Shown: piece by piece, positions 50,944 through 60,168 of the stretch
How the letters are laid out: each line of letters opens with the position of its first letter
How positions within the stretch are numbered: the stretch's first letter is position 1
Notes under the pieces: model-generated
Database searches by the model: none
Told to the model about the DNA's origin: nothing
The model's input: only the letters and a program-made list of their open reading frames with translations
NCBI GenBank assembly: GCA_046291925.1
Contig: JBKBRY010000014.1
Coordinates: 4,911 to 68,910 of the forward strand
Reading direction: 5' to 3'
DNA from: Leptonema sp. (in: bacteria)
GTDB lineage: Bacteria > Spirochaetota > Leptospiria > Leptospirales > Leptonemataceae
DNA: 64,000 nucleotides
Position numbers and translations under genes: made by a program

Positions 50944-52532
50944 ATTTTGTAACATTTCAACAGGTCAAAGAAATTGATCAGTTAACCATTCAAAAAAGTG
51001 TGCCAGAAAAAATTTTAATGGGATTAGCCAGCCAATCTATATTTATATCCATGTATCATTTAGATTTAATACATCCTAAAAATGTGTATATTTTTTTATG
51101 TGGTAGTGGGAATAATGGAGGAGATGGTTTTGCTTTAGCCTATCTGATGTTAAGTTCAATGTTTTTGAATTCTTCGAATATCAAAATCTATTCTAATCCT
51201 CCCAAAAGCGAAAGTAGTAAATATTATCAGAATTTGGTAAAAAATTATGTTCCTTTGTTATCTTTGGAAGATTTTATCAATCAATTTTATATCAATGAAC
51301 AATTACTGAGTTTTGATAAACTTTTTTTTATCGAAGCATTATTGGGCTCTGGTCAAAAAGATTTACCTGCAAAGCCTTATATGGATATTCTAAAAAAAAT
51401 TACACTTCTTAAAGAAAAATTTTCAAATAAAATTCAATATATCGCAATAGATATACCTGCTGGTTTATCTGAAGAATATTCTTATGTAAATCCAAAAGAA
51501 TTTATAGATTTTTTCCAATTTTGCATCCCTGATATCATATTTAATATTGGATTGCCAAAGTTGGCGATTTCTTTCCATCCAAAAATTTCTTCTGAATCTA
51601 AGATCATAAATCTCCCTTGTGGTTTTGATCCAAAAGTACAAGAGGAAGTAGTCAAATCTAAAACAGAGTTTGTTGAATTGCCTCCTGTTAGCCATTTTGA
51701 TTTTATAAAGAAAAAAAAGTATGATCATAAGTATACTAGTGGTTATGCTTGGATATTTTCTGGTTCAGAGAATTTTGAGGGGGCATCCTTTTTGGCAAGT
51801 AAAGCTTTTTTTTATAGTGGTGGTGGTATATTGCATTTGGTATATTTTTCTCATCATAAAGAGAAATTTTTACATTTCGATCCTTCTATTATATATCATC
51901 ATATAAAAGATTTTGATGACAAATTTTATAGTTTAAAAATACCTAATTGTATAGCAATAGGTAGTGGAATCAGCCCAAATGATATTGAAAATTATAAGTT
52001 TTTTTTTATTAAATTTCTTAAATATTTATCTGAATTCAATCATAAGCCTATCATTATATTGGATGCTTATGCAACAAAGCTTATTTTGGAAGCCGAATAT
52101 CCAGAAGTTTTAAAAAGATTAACAATATTGACACCACATCTTGGAGAATGGAAAGAATTGGGCGGAGAGTTTCCTTATATTGTTAAAAATTGGGATTCTA
52201 TTTTGGACTTTCATAAAAAATTAGGTTGTTCAATTTTACTGAAAGGATCTATTTCCTTTTTTTTGCCGTATCCTTCCCAAGAGAAAAAAAGCAAAGTATA
52301 CATATGGAATCATCAAAATCAAAACCTGTCTACAGCGGGAAGTGGTGATGTTTTGGTAGGTATGCTATTGAGATTCTTTAGTAAAATCGATGACAATTTA
52401 TTTTCTGATTATTTACTCTTAGGAATTCAGACTATACTTACTTTACAAAATTTAATGGCAAGAGAATATGGAACATCTTTTGAATATTTAAAACAGATAA
52501 AAGAAATATTGAAAAATGAAGTACTATTATAA
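50934..52532 (+). CDS. nnr: Bifunctional NAD(P)H-hydrate repair enzyme Nnr (epimerase + ADP-dependent dehydratase)
   Basis: YjeF-N motif CGSGNNGGDGFALA. C-terminal carbohydrate-kinase-like GSGDVLVG. Confidence 0.7.
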   Translation: MEVNFVTFQQVKEIDQLTIQKSVPEKILMGLASQSIFISMYHLDLIHPKNVYIFLCGSGNNGGDGFALAYLMLSSMFLNSSNIKIYSNPPKSESSKYYQNLVKNYVPLLSLEDFINQFYINEQLLSFDKLFFIEALLGSGQKDLPAKPYMDILKKITLLKEKFSNKIQYIAIDIPAGLSEEYSYVNPKEFIDFFQFCIPDIIFNIGLPKLAISFHPKISSESKIINLPCGFDPKVQEEVVKSKTEFVELPPVSHFDFIKKKKYDHKYTSGYAWIFSGSENFEGASFLASKAFFYSGGGILHLVYFSHHKEKFLHFDPSIIYHHIKDFDDKFYSLKIPNCIAIGSGISPNDIENYKFFFIKFLKYLSEFNHKPIIILDAYATKLILEAEYPEVLKRLTILTPHLGEWKELGGEFPYIVKNWDSILDFHKKLGCSILLKGSISFFLPYPSQEKKSKVYIWNHQNQNLSTAGSGDVLVGMLLRFFSKIDDNLFSDYLLLGIQTILTLQNLMAREYGTSFEYLKQIKEILKNEVLL

Positions 52533-53010
52533 AAGTCCAGAGCAGGTTCGAAAGGAGATTGAAGAACACATTAAAAAAAACAAAGTTTCTCCTTATTCTA
52601 GACCGTTTCAAATTATTTTTTTAAACATCATTCTAATCGTAGTAATTTTTTTTATTTTTGATAAAACAGGTATACTTAAAAGAGTTTATGATAAAAAAAT
52701 ACCTGAAGTACATTATGCTATAACAGATGCTTTGGATTTATACTTTTTAGTACAAAAAACACTGATTTTGGTGGATTCCAAGACCAATCCTGATTTGGAG
52801 GGCATGCTTCAGATCCATAAAATTGAAATTTTTACGAATCAGAAATTGATAGAAATCTATCCAGAATTTCCAAAAACAATTTTGGATAAAACAAACAATA
52901 AAATTTCAATTTCTTTAAAAGAAAAAATCGATCCAGACTCGGTAAGTAAAGTTTTTTTGACAATCAATCGTTATAGAAAAGAAATCAATAAAAAAAATAA
53001 TTTACGATAA
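52516..53010 (+). CDS. Hypothetical membrane-anchored protein
   Basis: Single TM helix (IIFLNIILIVVIFFIF). No known motif. Confidence 0.3.
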   Translation: MKYYYKSPEQVRKEIEEHIKKNKVSPYSRPFQIIFLNIILIVVIFFIFDKTGILKRVYDKKIPEVHYAITDALDLYFLVQKTLILVDSKTNPDLEGMLQIHKIEIFTNQKLIEIYPEFPKTILDKTNNKISISLKEKIDPDSVSKVFLTINRYRKEINKKNNLR

Positions 53011-53037
53011 AAATTTTATAAAAATCCTTTCCTTTGT

Positions 53038-54399
53038 ATGAGGTATCATTTTAAACATTATAAGTTTCTTTTATTGATGTTTGATACATTAATTTTATAT
53101 ATCTCTCTCATTGTGCCTTATTATATTAGAGTTCGTACATTCCCTCAAATTGTCGAATATCCTATTTTGTTTTTTTATATCATAACCTGCCTTTTGCTTT
53201 TTATAATTTTTGATTTATATAACCCTTGGAGTCATTTTTCTCCTTTGCCTATCTATTATAAAAGTTTGATTGCCTTCCCTATTATAGGGATTGTGTATTT
53301 ATTTTTTGGGTTTTTAAATTGGGAAAAAAATATAATTTTTGAAAGTAAACTGATATTCCTGATTAACATTATTTTGTTTACGCCTTTGTTTTTCATTGCA
53401 AGATTCTATTTTTATCATTGGCTTAAACCAGAGAAACTGAATGTTCGAATACTAGTGATAGGGGGTAGCTCTATAGTAGAATCTTTCCAAAGAGAGATTG
53501 AATACCGGGGAGGGAAATGGAAAGTATATTATCTATTGGATAATTTGAAGGATATTCCTGAACAAAATAAAGATCAAATTATTGGAACAATTGAAGAGAA
53601 TTTTTTTAGGGTCTTAGAAAATGAATGGACCGCCATAATCCTTGCTACTAAAAATTTGGATAGAGATAAGATTCGAACTTTATTTAAATATAAAGAAAAA
53701 GGAGTTTTGGTTTATGATTTGATTCAGTTTTATGAATATTACTTTTTTAAAATACCTTTGTATTCTATTGATGACTATTGGTTTCTTTCTACAAAAGGTT
53801 TTATGATTATTGAAAAACCCAGTATCATTAAGATCAAAAGGATTTTAGAGGTATTGATAACTCTATCTCTTTTATTTTTTATAATACCTATTCTTCCTAT
53901 TCTTTTGGTTCTGGTTTATTTAAGTGATGGTTTTCCTTTAATATTTAAGCAAGAGCGTTTAGGTAAAGATAATAAAAGCTTTGTTGTGTACAAATTCAGG
54001 ACAATGAAAAAAGGTTCAGAAAAGTTGGATCCTTATACCAGAGAAAATGACAATAGAGTAACAAAAATTGGTAAGTTCTTAAGACTAACACGATTGGATG
54101 AAATCCCTCAAATTATTAATATCCTAAAAGGAGATATGAGTTTGATTGGCCCTAGAGCAGAATGGATTCAGCTAACAGAAATTTATCAGAAAGAAATACC
54201 TTTTTATTACTATCGACATTTAATTCGCCCTGGTCTTACAGGATGGGCTCAAGTAATGTATCCCTACGGTGCTTCTCTTGAAGATACAATTCAAAAATTA
54301 GAATACGATTTGTATTATATTAAAAATTATTCTTTACTTTTAGATTTTTCTATAATCATAAAAACAGTTCGAATTATGTTGTTTGGCCGTGGAAGATAA
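53038..54399 (+). CDS. Polyprenyl-phosphate hexose-1-phosphate transferase (WbaP/bacterial sugar transferase family)
   Basis: Conserved C-terminal domain: KFRTM, DEIPQ and GDMSLIGPRAE motifs. 4-5 N-terminal TM helices. Confidence 0.8.
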   Translation: MRYHFKHYKFLLLMFDTLILYISLIVPYYIRVRTFPQIVEYPILFFYIITCLLLFIIFDLYNPWSHFSPLPIYYKSLIAFPIIGIVYLFFGFLNWEKNIIFESKLIFLINIILFTPLFFIARFYFYHWLKPEKLNVRILVIGGSSIVESFQREIEYRGGKWKVYYLLDNLKDIPEQNKDQIIGTIEENFFRVLENEWTAIILATKNLDRDKIRTLFKYKEKGVLVYDLIQFYEYYFFKIPLYSIDDYWFLSTKGFMIIEKPSIIKIKRILEVLITLSLLFFIIPILPILLVLVYLSDGFPLIFKQERLGKDNKSFVVYKFRTMKKGSEKLDPYTRENDNRVTKIGKFLRLTRLDEIPQIINILKGDMSLIGPRAEWIQLTEIYQKEIPFYYYRHLIRPGLTGWAQVMYPYGASLEDTIQKLEYDLYYIKNYSLLLDFSIIIKTVRIMLFGRGR

Positions 54400-54434
54400 A
54401 AAAAGATTCTTTTTTATGTTTTAGCAATTACTGA

Positions 54435-55439
54435 TTAATGAGGATTGTATTTCCAACAATATACAAAATGATTAGATCTAAACTGAAATTTTTCTGGTTT
54501 TTTTGAACATAGTTCAAACTTATATTCACATCGGTTCGAAAATCTACATCCTTCTAAGTACTCTTCTGGAGAAGGTACAGAACCTGATATACCATTAATT
54601 TTTTTTTCTTTATCTAACTCAGGTATAGAATCTATTAAACCTTTGCTATAGGGATGTAGAGGGTTATTTAAAAATGTTTCTATTTTAGATTCTTCTATGA
54701 CCCTTCCTGCATACATTACTGCTAAGCGATCTGCATACTGGGCTAAAAGCCCAATATTATGGGTGATCAATAAAATTGTGGTTTTTTCTTCTTCTTTAAG
54801 TGTAAGTAAAAGATTCATAATTTGAGCTTGGATGGTTACATCTAAAGCAGTAGTAGGTTCATCAGCAATTAAGAGTTTAGGTTTTAATAAAAGTGCTAAA
54901 AGAATCACGATCCTTTGCAACATTCCACCTGAAAGTTGGTGTGGATAGGATTCTAAAACTTTTTTGGGATTTGAAAATCCTACTCTTTTTAATAAATATT
55001 CTACCCTTTGGTAAAAATCAATATTCTTTATAAATATTTTTTCTTTATGAAATTTATAAATTTCATTTATATGAAATCCAATGGTATACAAAGGATTTAA
55101 AGCCATAGAAGGCTCTTGAAAAATGACTCCGATTTCTACACCACGAATTTCTTGTAATTCTTTTTTAGTTAAACTGAATACATTGATTTGTTTTTCCCCT
55201 AAGTTTAACAATATCTCCCCAGAAAGAAATTTGCCGTTTGGTTCAGGTAGTAAACCTGTAATTCCTAAGGCAGTGATAGTTTTTCCACATCCAGACTCTC
55301 CAATAAGTCCGAAAGTTTCTCCTTCTTTTAAATTTAAATTTACATTATCGATGAGTCCAAGAATTTTGTTGTTCTTTTGAATTCCAATAGATAGATTTTT
55401 AATTTCTAAAATACTTTTTGTTTTATTTTGTATTGTCAT
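54435..55439 (-). CDS. Oligopeptide/dipeptide-type ABC transporter ATP-binding protein (OppD/DppD-like), no adjacent permease
   Basis: Walker A GESGCGKT, signature LSGGMLQRIV, and the Opp C-terminal extension CRFSNRCEY...C. Confidence 0.75.
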   Translation of the reverse strand: MTIQNKTKSILEIKNLSIGIQKNNKILGLIDNVNLNLKEGETFGLIGESGCGKTITALGITGLLPEPNGKFLSGEILLNLGEKQINVFSLTKKELQEIRGVEIGVIFQEPSMALNPLYTIGFHINEIYKFHKEKIFIKNIDFYQRVEYLLKRVGFSNPKKVLESYPHQLSGGMLQRIVILLALLLKPKLLIADEPTTALDVTIQAQIMNLLLTLKEEEKTTILLITHNIGLLAQYADRLAVMYAGRVIEESKIETFLNNPLHPYSKGLIDSIPELDKEKKINGISGSVPSPEEYLEGCRFSNRCEYKFELCSKKPEKFQFRSNHFVYCWKYNPH

Positions 55440-55917
55440 AATTTTTAAGATATTCGGGGATTACTTTATAAAAATATTCTTTAATTACTTGATAAACCTT
55501 TTTTTTGAATTCCACTATGTTTTCTACGAGGATATCTATGTCTATCCATTTTAAAGTTCTGAATTCTCTAATATGGGTATTTAAGTTTAAAGATTCCAAA
55601 TTTCCATTCCAGTGAAAAAAAAACCATTTTTGCATCTGTCCTTTGTATTTTTTTAAATCTTCTGGGATATCTTCTGGGAAATCATAATATAACCATTGCG
55701 GTATTTCGAATATAGGTTTTTCTAATTTTAATCCAGTCTCTTCGTACAGTTCCCTGATGGCCGCTTCTACGGGAGTTTCGTTATCATCAATTCCTCCTTG
55801 GGGGAATTGGTATTTTTCAGGATAGTCAATTCTATCACCTACTAGTACTTTTTGACTTGAATTAAAAACAACTATACCGACATTCTTTCTGTAAGGTTTA
55901 TCTTCTAAATTCTGCAT
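55423..55917 (-). CDS. NUDIX hydrolase (RppH-like)
   Basis: Nudix box GG-x5-E-x7-REL-EETG (QGGIDDNETPVEAAIRELYEETGL). Confidence 0.7.
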   Translation of the reverse strand: MQNLEDKPYRKNVGIVVFNSSQKVLVGDRIDYPEKYQFPQGGIDDNETPVEAAIRELYEETGLKLEKPIFEIPQWLYYDFPEDIPEDLKKYKGQMQKWFFFHWNGNLESLNLNTHIREFRTLKWIDIDILVENIVEFKKKVYQVIKEYFYKVIPEYLKNYDNTK

Positions 55918-56026
55918 TGTGTTCAGATATAATGGACAATAAGTGTCATCAATTAAAAATTAATTATGATTTTATATTTTCTAAAAAAAGATTGAAAAGT
56001 ACTCAAAAAAATATTTATATTGTGAT

Positions 56027-57109
56027 ATGAAACCATATCCAACTAAATATTGGCATTATACAGATGATCATAAAATCCAATGTGATGTATGTCCAAGAGG
56101 TTGTAAATTAAAAGAGGGGCAAAGAGGGCTTTGTTATGTCCGTGGTAGAGAAAAAAATCAAATTGTTTTATATACTTATGGAAGATCTAGTGGATTTTGT
56201 ATTGATCCTATCGAAAAAAAACCATTGAATCACTTTTTCCCTGGGAGTTCCGTTTTATCTTTTGGAACAGCTGGTTGCAATTTGATTTGCCAATTTTGCC
56301 AGAATTGGAGTATTAGCAAATCAAAAGAAATGGATACTTTGTCTGATCGAGCCAGCCCAGAAGTTCTTGCAAAAGTTGCAAAAAAATTACAATGCAAAAG
56401 CGTTGCGTTTACTTATAATGATCCAGTGATTTTTATGGAATATGCAATTGATGTTGCTAAGGAATGTCGTAAACTAGGAATTCATACTGTAGCTGTAACA
56501 GCGGGTTATATAAACCCAGAACCTAGAGAGGAATTTTATAGATATATGGATGCTGCAAACGTAGATTTGAAAGGTTTTACAGAAAGCTTTTATAAGAAAT
56601 TTTGTGGAGGTTATTTGCAACCAGTTCTGGATACTCTGGTTTATTTAAAAAAATTTACTAATGTATGGATTGAGATCACAACTTTACTAATACCTGATGA
56701 GAATGATTCAAAACAAGAAATCCAAAAAGAATGCGAGTGGATTCTAAAAAATTTAGGTAGTGATGTCCCATTACATTTTACAGCTTTTCACCCTGATTTT
56801 AAAATGTTAAACAAAAGTTCTACACCTCATACTACATTACTTCGTGCGCGGAAGGTGGCTCAAGAAGTCGGTTTACAATTTGTTTATGTGGGGAATGTAT
56901 ATGATGAAAATGCAGAAAGCACATATTGTCCCAACTGCAAAAGAAAAATTATAGGTAGGAATTGGTATACTTTAAGTGATTATTATATAACCTCGGAAGG
57001 TAAATGTCAATTTTGTGGCTATGTAATTCCAGGTAGGTTTGATAAAACAAAGGGGAACTGGGGAGCAAAAAGAGTACCTATTCATATAGGTAATTTTACA
57101 AATTATTAG
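56027..57109 (+). CDS. AmmeMemoRadiSam-system-type radical SAM enzyme (PFL-activase-like), stand-alone
   Basis: N-terminal Cys cluster CDVCPRGCK...GLCYVRG, then radical SAM CNLICQFCQNW, and a C-terminal CPNC...CQFCG ribbon. Matches the AmmeMemoRadiSam radical SAM architecture. Confidence 0.7.
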   Translation: MKPYPTKYWHYTDDHKIQCDVCPRGCKLKEGQRGLCYVRGREKNQIVLYTYGRSSGFCIDPIEKKPLNHFFPGSSVLSFGTAGCNLICQFCQNWSISKSKEMDTLSDRASPEVLAKVAKKLQCKSVAFTYNDPVIFMEYAIDVAKECRKLGIHTVAVTAGYINPEPREEFYRYMDAANVDLKGFTESFYKKFCGGYLQPVLDTLVYLKKFTNVWIEITTLLIPDENDSKQEIQKECEWILKNLGSDVPLHFTAFHPDFKMLNKSSTPHTTLLRARKVAQEVGLQFVYVGNVYDENAESTYCPNCKRKIIGRNWYTLSDYYITSEGKCQFCGYVIPGRFDKTKGNWGAKRVPIHIGNFTNY

Positions 57110-57158
57110 AATCTTAAGTTCTTCTGGAATAGTTATCCAATTTTTTTCAAAAAGTTTT

Positions 57159-57764
57159 ATGTGTTTAGTTCAACTTTATAAAAATAAGGTGGTTGCTAAA
57201 TTTTGTATATTTCTGAATTTTTTTGGTAAAAAAAAAGCAAATTTGTGTATAAATCATTATATGGAACATTCAGACCAAAAGGAATTCAAAAAAAAGCATG
57301 TTTTTTGTATCAACATAAAATCAGAGTTGATCCTTTCTTTAGATAGGTTATCCAGAGGAGATTGGAGTTCTTTTTTAGTGTATTTATATGAGAAGTATAA
57401 GAATAGGCTTCTTTATTTAAGGAACAGAGGGGGTGGTGTAGGGGTAGCTGAGTATCAGCCGCAGGGAGAGGAGTATAAGAAGGTGAAAATTCGTGGGATG
57501 GATCCTTTAGTATGGCAGAGGTATTGGGAGTTAAGGATGTTGAGTGGGTATTCGATCAGTTATATAATTAGGGTATTTTTGGAGTGGGAGTTATTGGGGA
57601 GAGGTGAAGAGATAAGGACGATATTGCCGGCGGTTGGGATGGACGATGAGAGGTTAGGGTATAGGTATCCGGATGGGTATAGGGTAGCGCATCGTTATAT
57701 AGTGAGGCGTGAGTTGAATGGTCAGGATAGGAGTTTATTTCTTTATTACTGGGATGATGCTTAG
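57159..57764 (+). CDS. Hypothetical Gly/Tyr/Trp/Arg-rich protein encoded by a strongly G-rich, C-depleted segment; start uncertain (ATG 57159 or ATG 57261)
   Basis: Positions 57421-57760 are ~39% G and ~8% C, with no stop codon in this frame and no competing ORF on either strand. Translation ...GGGVGVAEYQPQGEEYKKVKIRGMDPLVWQRYWELRML...GYRYPDGYRVAHRYIVRRELNGQDRSLFLYYWDDA. No recognisable family. Confidence 0.35.
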   Translation: MCLVQLYKNKVVAKFCIFLNFFGKKKANLCINHYMEHSDQKEFKKKHVFCINIKSELILSLDRLSRGDWSSFLVYLYEKYKNRLLYLRNRGGGVGVAEYQPQGEEYKKVKIRGMDPLVWQRYWELRMLSGYSISYIIRVFLEWELLGRGEEIRTILPAVGMDDERLGYRYPDGYRVAHRYIVRRELNGQDRSLFLYYWDDA

Positions 57765-57856
57765 ATTCGTTATAAAACTATTAGATTTAAAATTTCATAA
57801 TCTAACATTTTAATATTGACATATCAATTTATCTTTATATTTTGGTATATTGATAA

Positions 57857-58807
57857 ATGAACACTTTGGAAATTTTTAAGTCATTATCTGACGAAACAAG
57901 GATTCGTATTTTAAATATCCTTTCTTATGAGCCTTTGTGCGTTAACGAAATTATTGAAATTTTGGATATGGGGCAAAGTAGGATTTCAAGACATTTAAAG
58001 ATCTTTTTAGAATCTAAGCTTTTAGTTACTGTGCGTGATGGTGCAAAAGTTTATTATGGTATTTCTCCTCAGTTTCGATTACACCCCATATATGATTCTT
58101 GGAATCAAATACGACAAATTCATACGAACGATACTTTATGGGATTCAGATTTTATGAATCAACTAACAAAGGATACGCAAAGAACATTCCAATTACTAAA
58201 AAAAAGAAAAATTGATTCTATTAATTTTTTTGATAAATTTGGTGACTTACAAGAAAAGGCCCAAAATAAGTTTGTTGATTCTCACTTTTATAGAAATCAG
58301 GTCATAAAATTAGTTCCCAATAATATTTCTATTGCCATTGATGCAGGTTGTGGGACGGGATGGATTTCAATTGAGTTAATTAAAAAAGTTAAAAAATTAA
58401 TTTGTATTGATCAGAGTTCCGCTATATTGCAAAAAGCTAAAGAAAGATTTTCCATCTCTGATTTGAAACGCATACGGTTTATCTCATCTTCTGTAGAACA
58501 AATTCCTTTAAAAAAAGAATTTGCTGATGTAATGGTTTATTCGATGGCTTTGCATCATGTACCTAATATCTCTTTAGCTTTACAAGAAGGTTATAGAATC
58601 CTTAAAAAAAACGGAATTTTGGTTATTGCGGATTTGGAACATCACACCATAGAAGAAATGAGAAAAAATTTTGCAGATTTTTGGCTAGGATTTCATCTTG
58701 AAGATTTAAAAAAAGAGTTAAAAGCATTAAATTTTAAAATTTTAAAAACATTTAAAGGACGAGGGAAAGGTAAGTTGAATTGTATTTTTATAAAAAGTAA
58801 AAAATAG
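57857..58807 (+). CDS. sahR: SahR-like regulator: ArsR-family HTH fused to SAM-dependent methyltransferase-like effector domain
   Basis: ArsR HTH (LSDETRIRILNILSYEPLCVNEIIEILDMGQSRISRHLKIF). Class I MTase motif IDAGCGTGW. Immediately upstream of ahcY-metH. Confidence 0.65.
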   Translation: MNTLEIFKSLSDETRIRILNILSYEPLCVNEIIEILDMGQSRISRHLKIFLESKLLVTVRDGAKVYYGISPQFRLHPIYDSWNQIRQIHTNDTLWDSDFMNQLTKDTQRTFQLLKKRKIDSINFFDKFGDLQEKAQNKFVDSHFYRNQVIKLVPNNISIAIDAGCGTGWISIELIKKVKKLICIDQSSAILQKAKERFSISDLKRIRFISSSVEQIPLKKEFADVMVYSMALHHVPNISLALQEGYRILKKNGILVIADLEHHTIEEMRKNFADFWLGFHLEDLKKELKALNFKILKTFKGRGKGKLNCIFIKSKK

Positions 58808-58837
58808 ATTTAATAATAAAATAAAAAGGAGAAAAAT

Positions 58838-60136
58838 ATGACACAAACTATTTTAAACTATAAAGTAAAAGATATAAGTTTAGCAGAATGGGGTAGAGAA
58901 GAGATTATTCTTGCAGAAAAAGAGATGCCAGGGTTAATGGCTGTTCGCGAAAAATATGGGAAAGATAAACCACTAAAAGGTGCTAGAATTTCAGGTTCTC
59001 TCCATATGACAATACAGACAGCAGTTTTGATCGAAACTTTGATTGAGCTTGGAGCTGAAGTACGGTGGTCTAGTTGTAATATTTTTAGTACTCAAGATCA
59101 TGCTGCTGCAGCAATTGCAGCGAAAGGGATACCTGTCTTTGCTTGGAAGGGTATGACAGAAGAAGAATACTGGTGGGCGATTGAGCAAACTTTACATTTT
59201 GATGGTAAAGGCCCCAATATGTTATTAGATGATGGTGGCGATTTGACTTACTATGTTCACACAAAACATCCAGAACTTTTAGGCGAAATTAAGGGTGTAT
59301 CAGAAGAAACCACAACAGGTGTTAAACAACTTTATAGGATGATGAAAGATGGGAAATTGAAAATTCCTGCCATTAATGTAAATGATTCAGTAACAAAGAG
59401 TAAATTTGATAATATATACGGTTGTAGAGAATCCCTTGTAGATGGAATACGAAGAGGAACAGATTTAATGCTTGCAGGTAAAATTGCTGTTGTATGTGGC
59501 TATGGAGATGTTGGTAAAGGATCTGCACAAAGCTTAAGAAATAGTCAATGTAGAGTAATTGTTACAGAGATTGATCCTATATGTGCTTTACAAGCAGTAA
59601 TGGAAGGTTATACAGTCGATGTGATTGAAAATTGGGTTGATAAAGCAGATATCTTTGTAACAGCAACGGGAAATAAAGACGTTATTCGAATAGAACATAT
59701 GGAAAGAATGAAGGATAATGCAGTTGTCTGCAATATTGGTCATTTTGATGTAGAAATCCAGGTTGATAAATTAAAAAATTATCCAGGCATAAAAAGAACA
59801 ACTATCAAACCACAGGTGGATAAATTCACATTTCCAAATGGAAAAAGTATAATTCTTCTTTCTGAAGGTAGGTTGGTAAATCTTGGGAATGCTACAGGAC
59901 ATCCGAGTTTTGTAATGTCTATGAGTTTTACCAATCAGGTCTTGGCACAAATAGAACTTTATACAAAAAAATACGAAATTGGGGTATATTTGCTACCCAA
60001 ACATTTGGACGAAATGGTTGCTAGATTGCATCTTGAGAAAATTGGTGCTAAGTTAACTACCCTTACAAAAGAACAGTCCGAATACTCTGGAATCCCGATT
60101 GAAGGACCTTTTAAACCAGAACATTATAGATATTGA
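58838..60136 (+). CDS. ahcY: Adenosylhomocysteinase
   Basis: 432 aa with the NAD-binding motif [10 protein letters not shown]. Strong AAGGAG RBS. Confidence 0.9.
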   Translation: MTQTILNYKVKDISLAEWGREEIILAEKEMPGLMAVREKYGKDKPLKGARISGSLHMTIQTAVLIETLIELGAEVRWSSCNIFSTQDHAAAAIAAKGIPVFAWKGMTEEEYWWAIEQTLHFDGKGPNMLLDDGGDLTYYVHTKHPELLGEIKGVSEETTTGVKQLYRMMKDGKLKIPAINVNDSVTKSKFDNIYGCRESLVDGIRRGTDLMLAGKIAVVCGYGDVGKGSAQSLRNSQCRVIVTEIDPICALQAVMEGYTVDVIENWVDKADIFVTATGNKDVIRIEHMERMKDNAVVCNIGHFDVEIQVDKLKNYPGIKRTTIKPQVDKFTFPNGKSIILLSEGRLVNLGNATGHPSFVMSMSFTNQVLAQIELYTKKYEIGVYLLPKHLDEMVARLHLEKIGAKLTTLTKEQSEYSGIPIEGPFKPEHYRY

Positions 60137-60168
60137 TTTTATTAAATAGAACTATTTGAGATATATAA

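Noticed and set aside
57400-57764. G-rich segment as a cryptic tandem repeat or CRISPR-like array
   Set aside because: Only loose recurrence of GGGTAT/GGGAG words. There is no periodic unit and no spacer-repeat structure.
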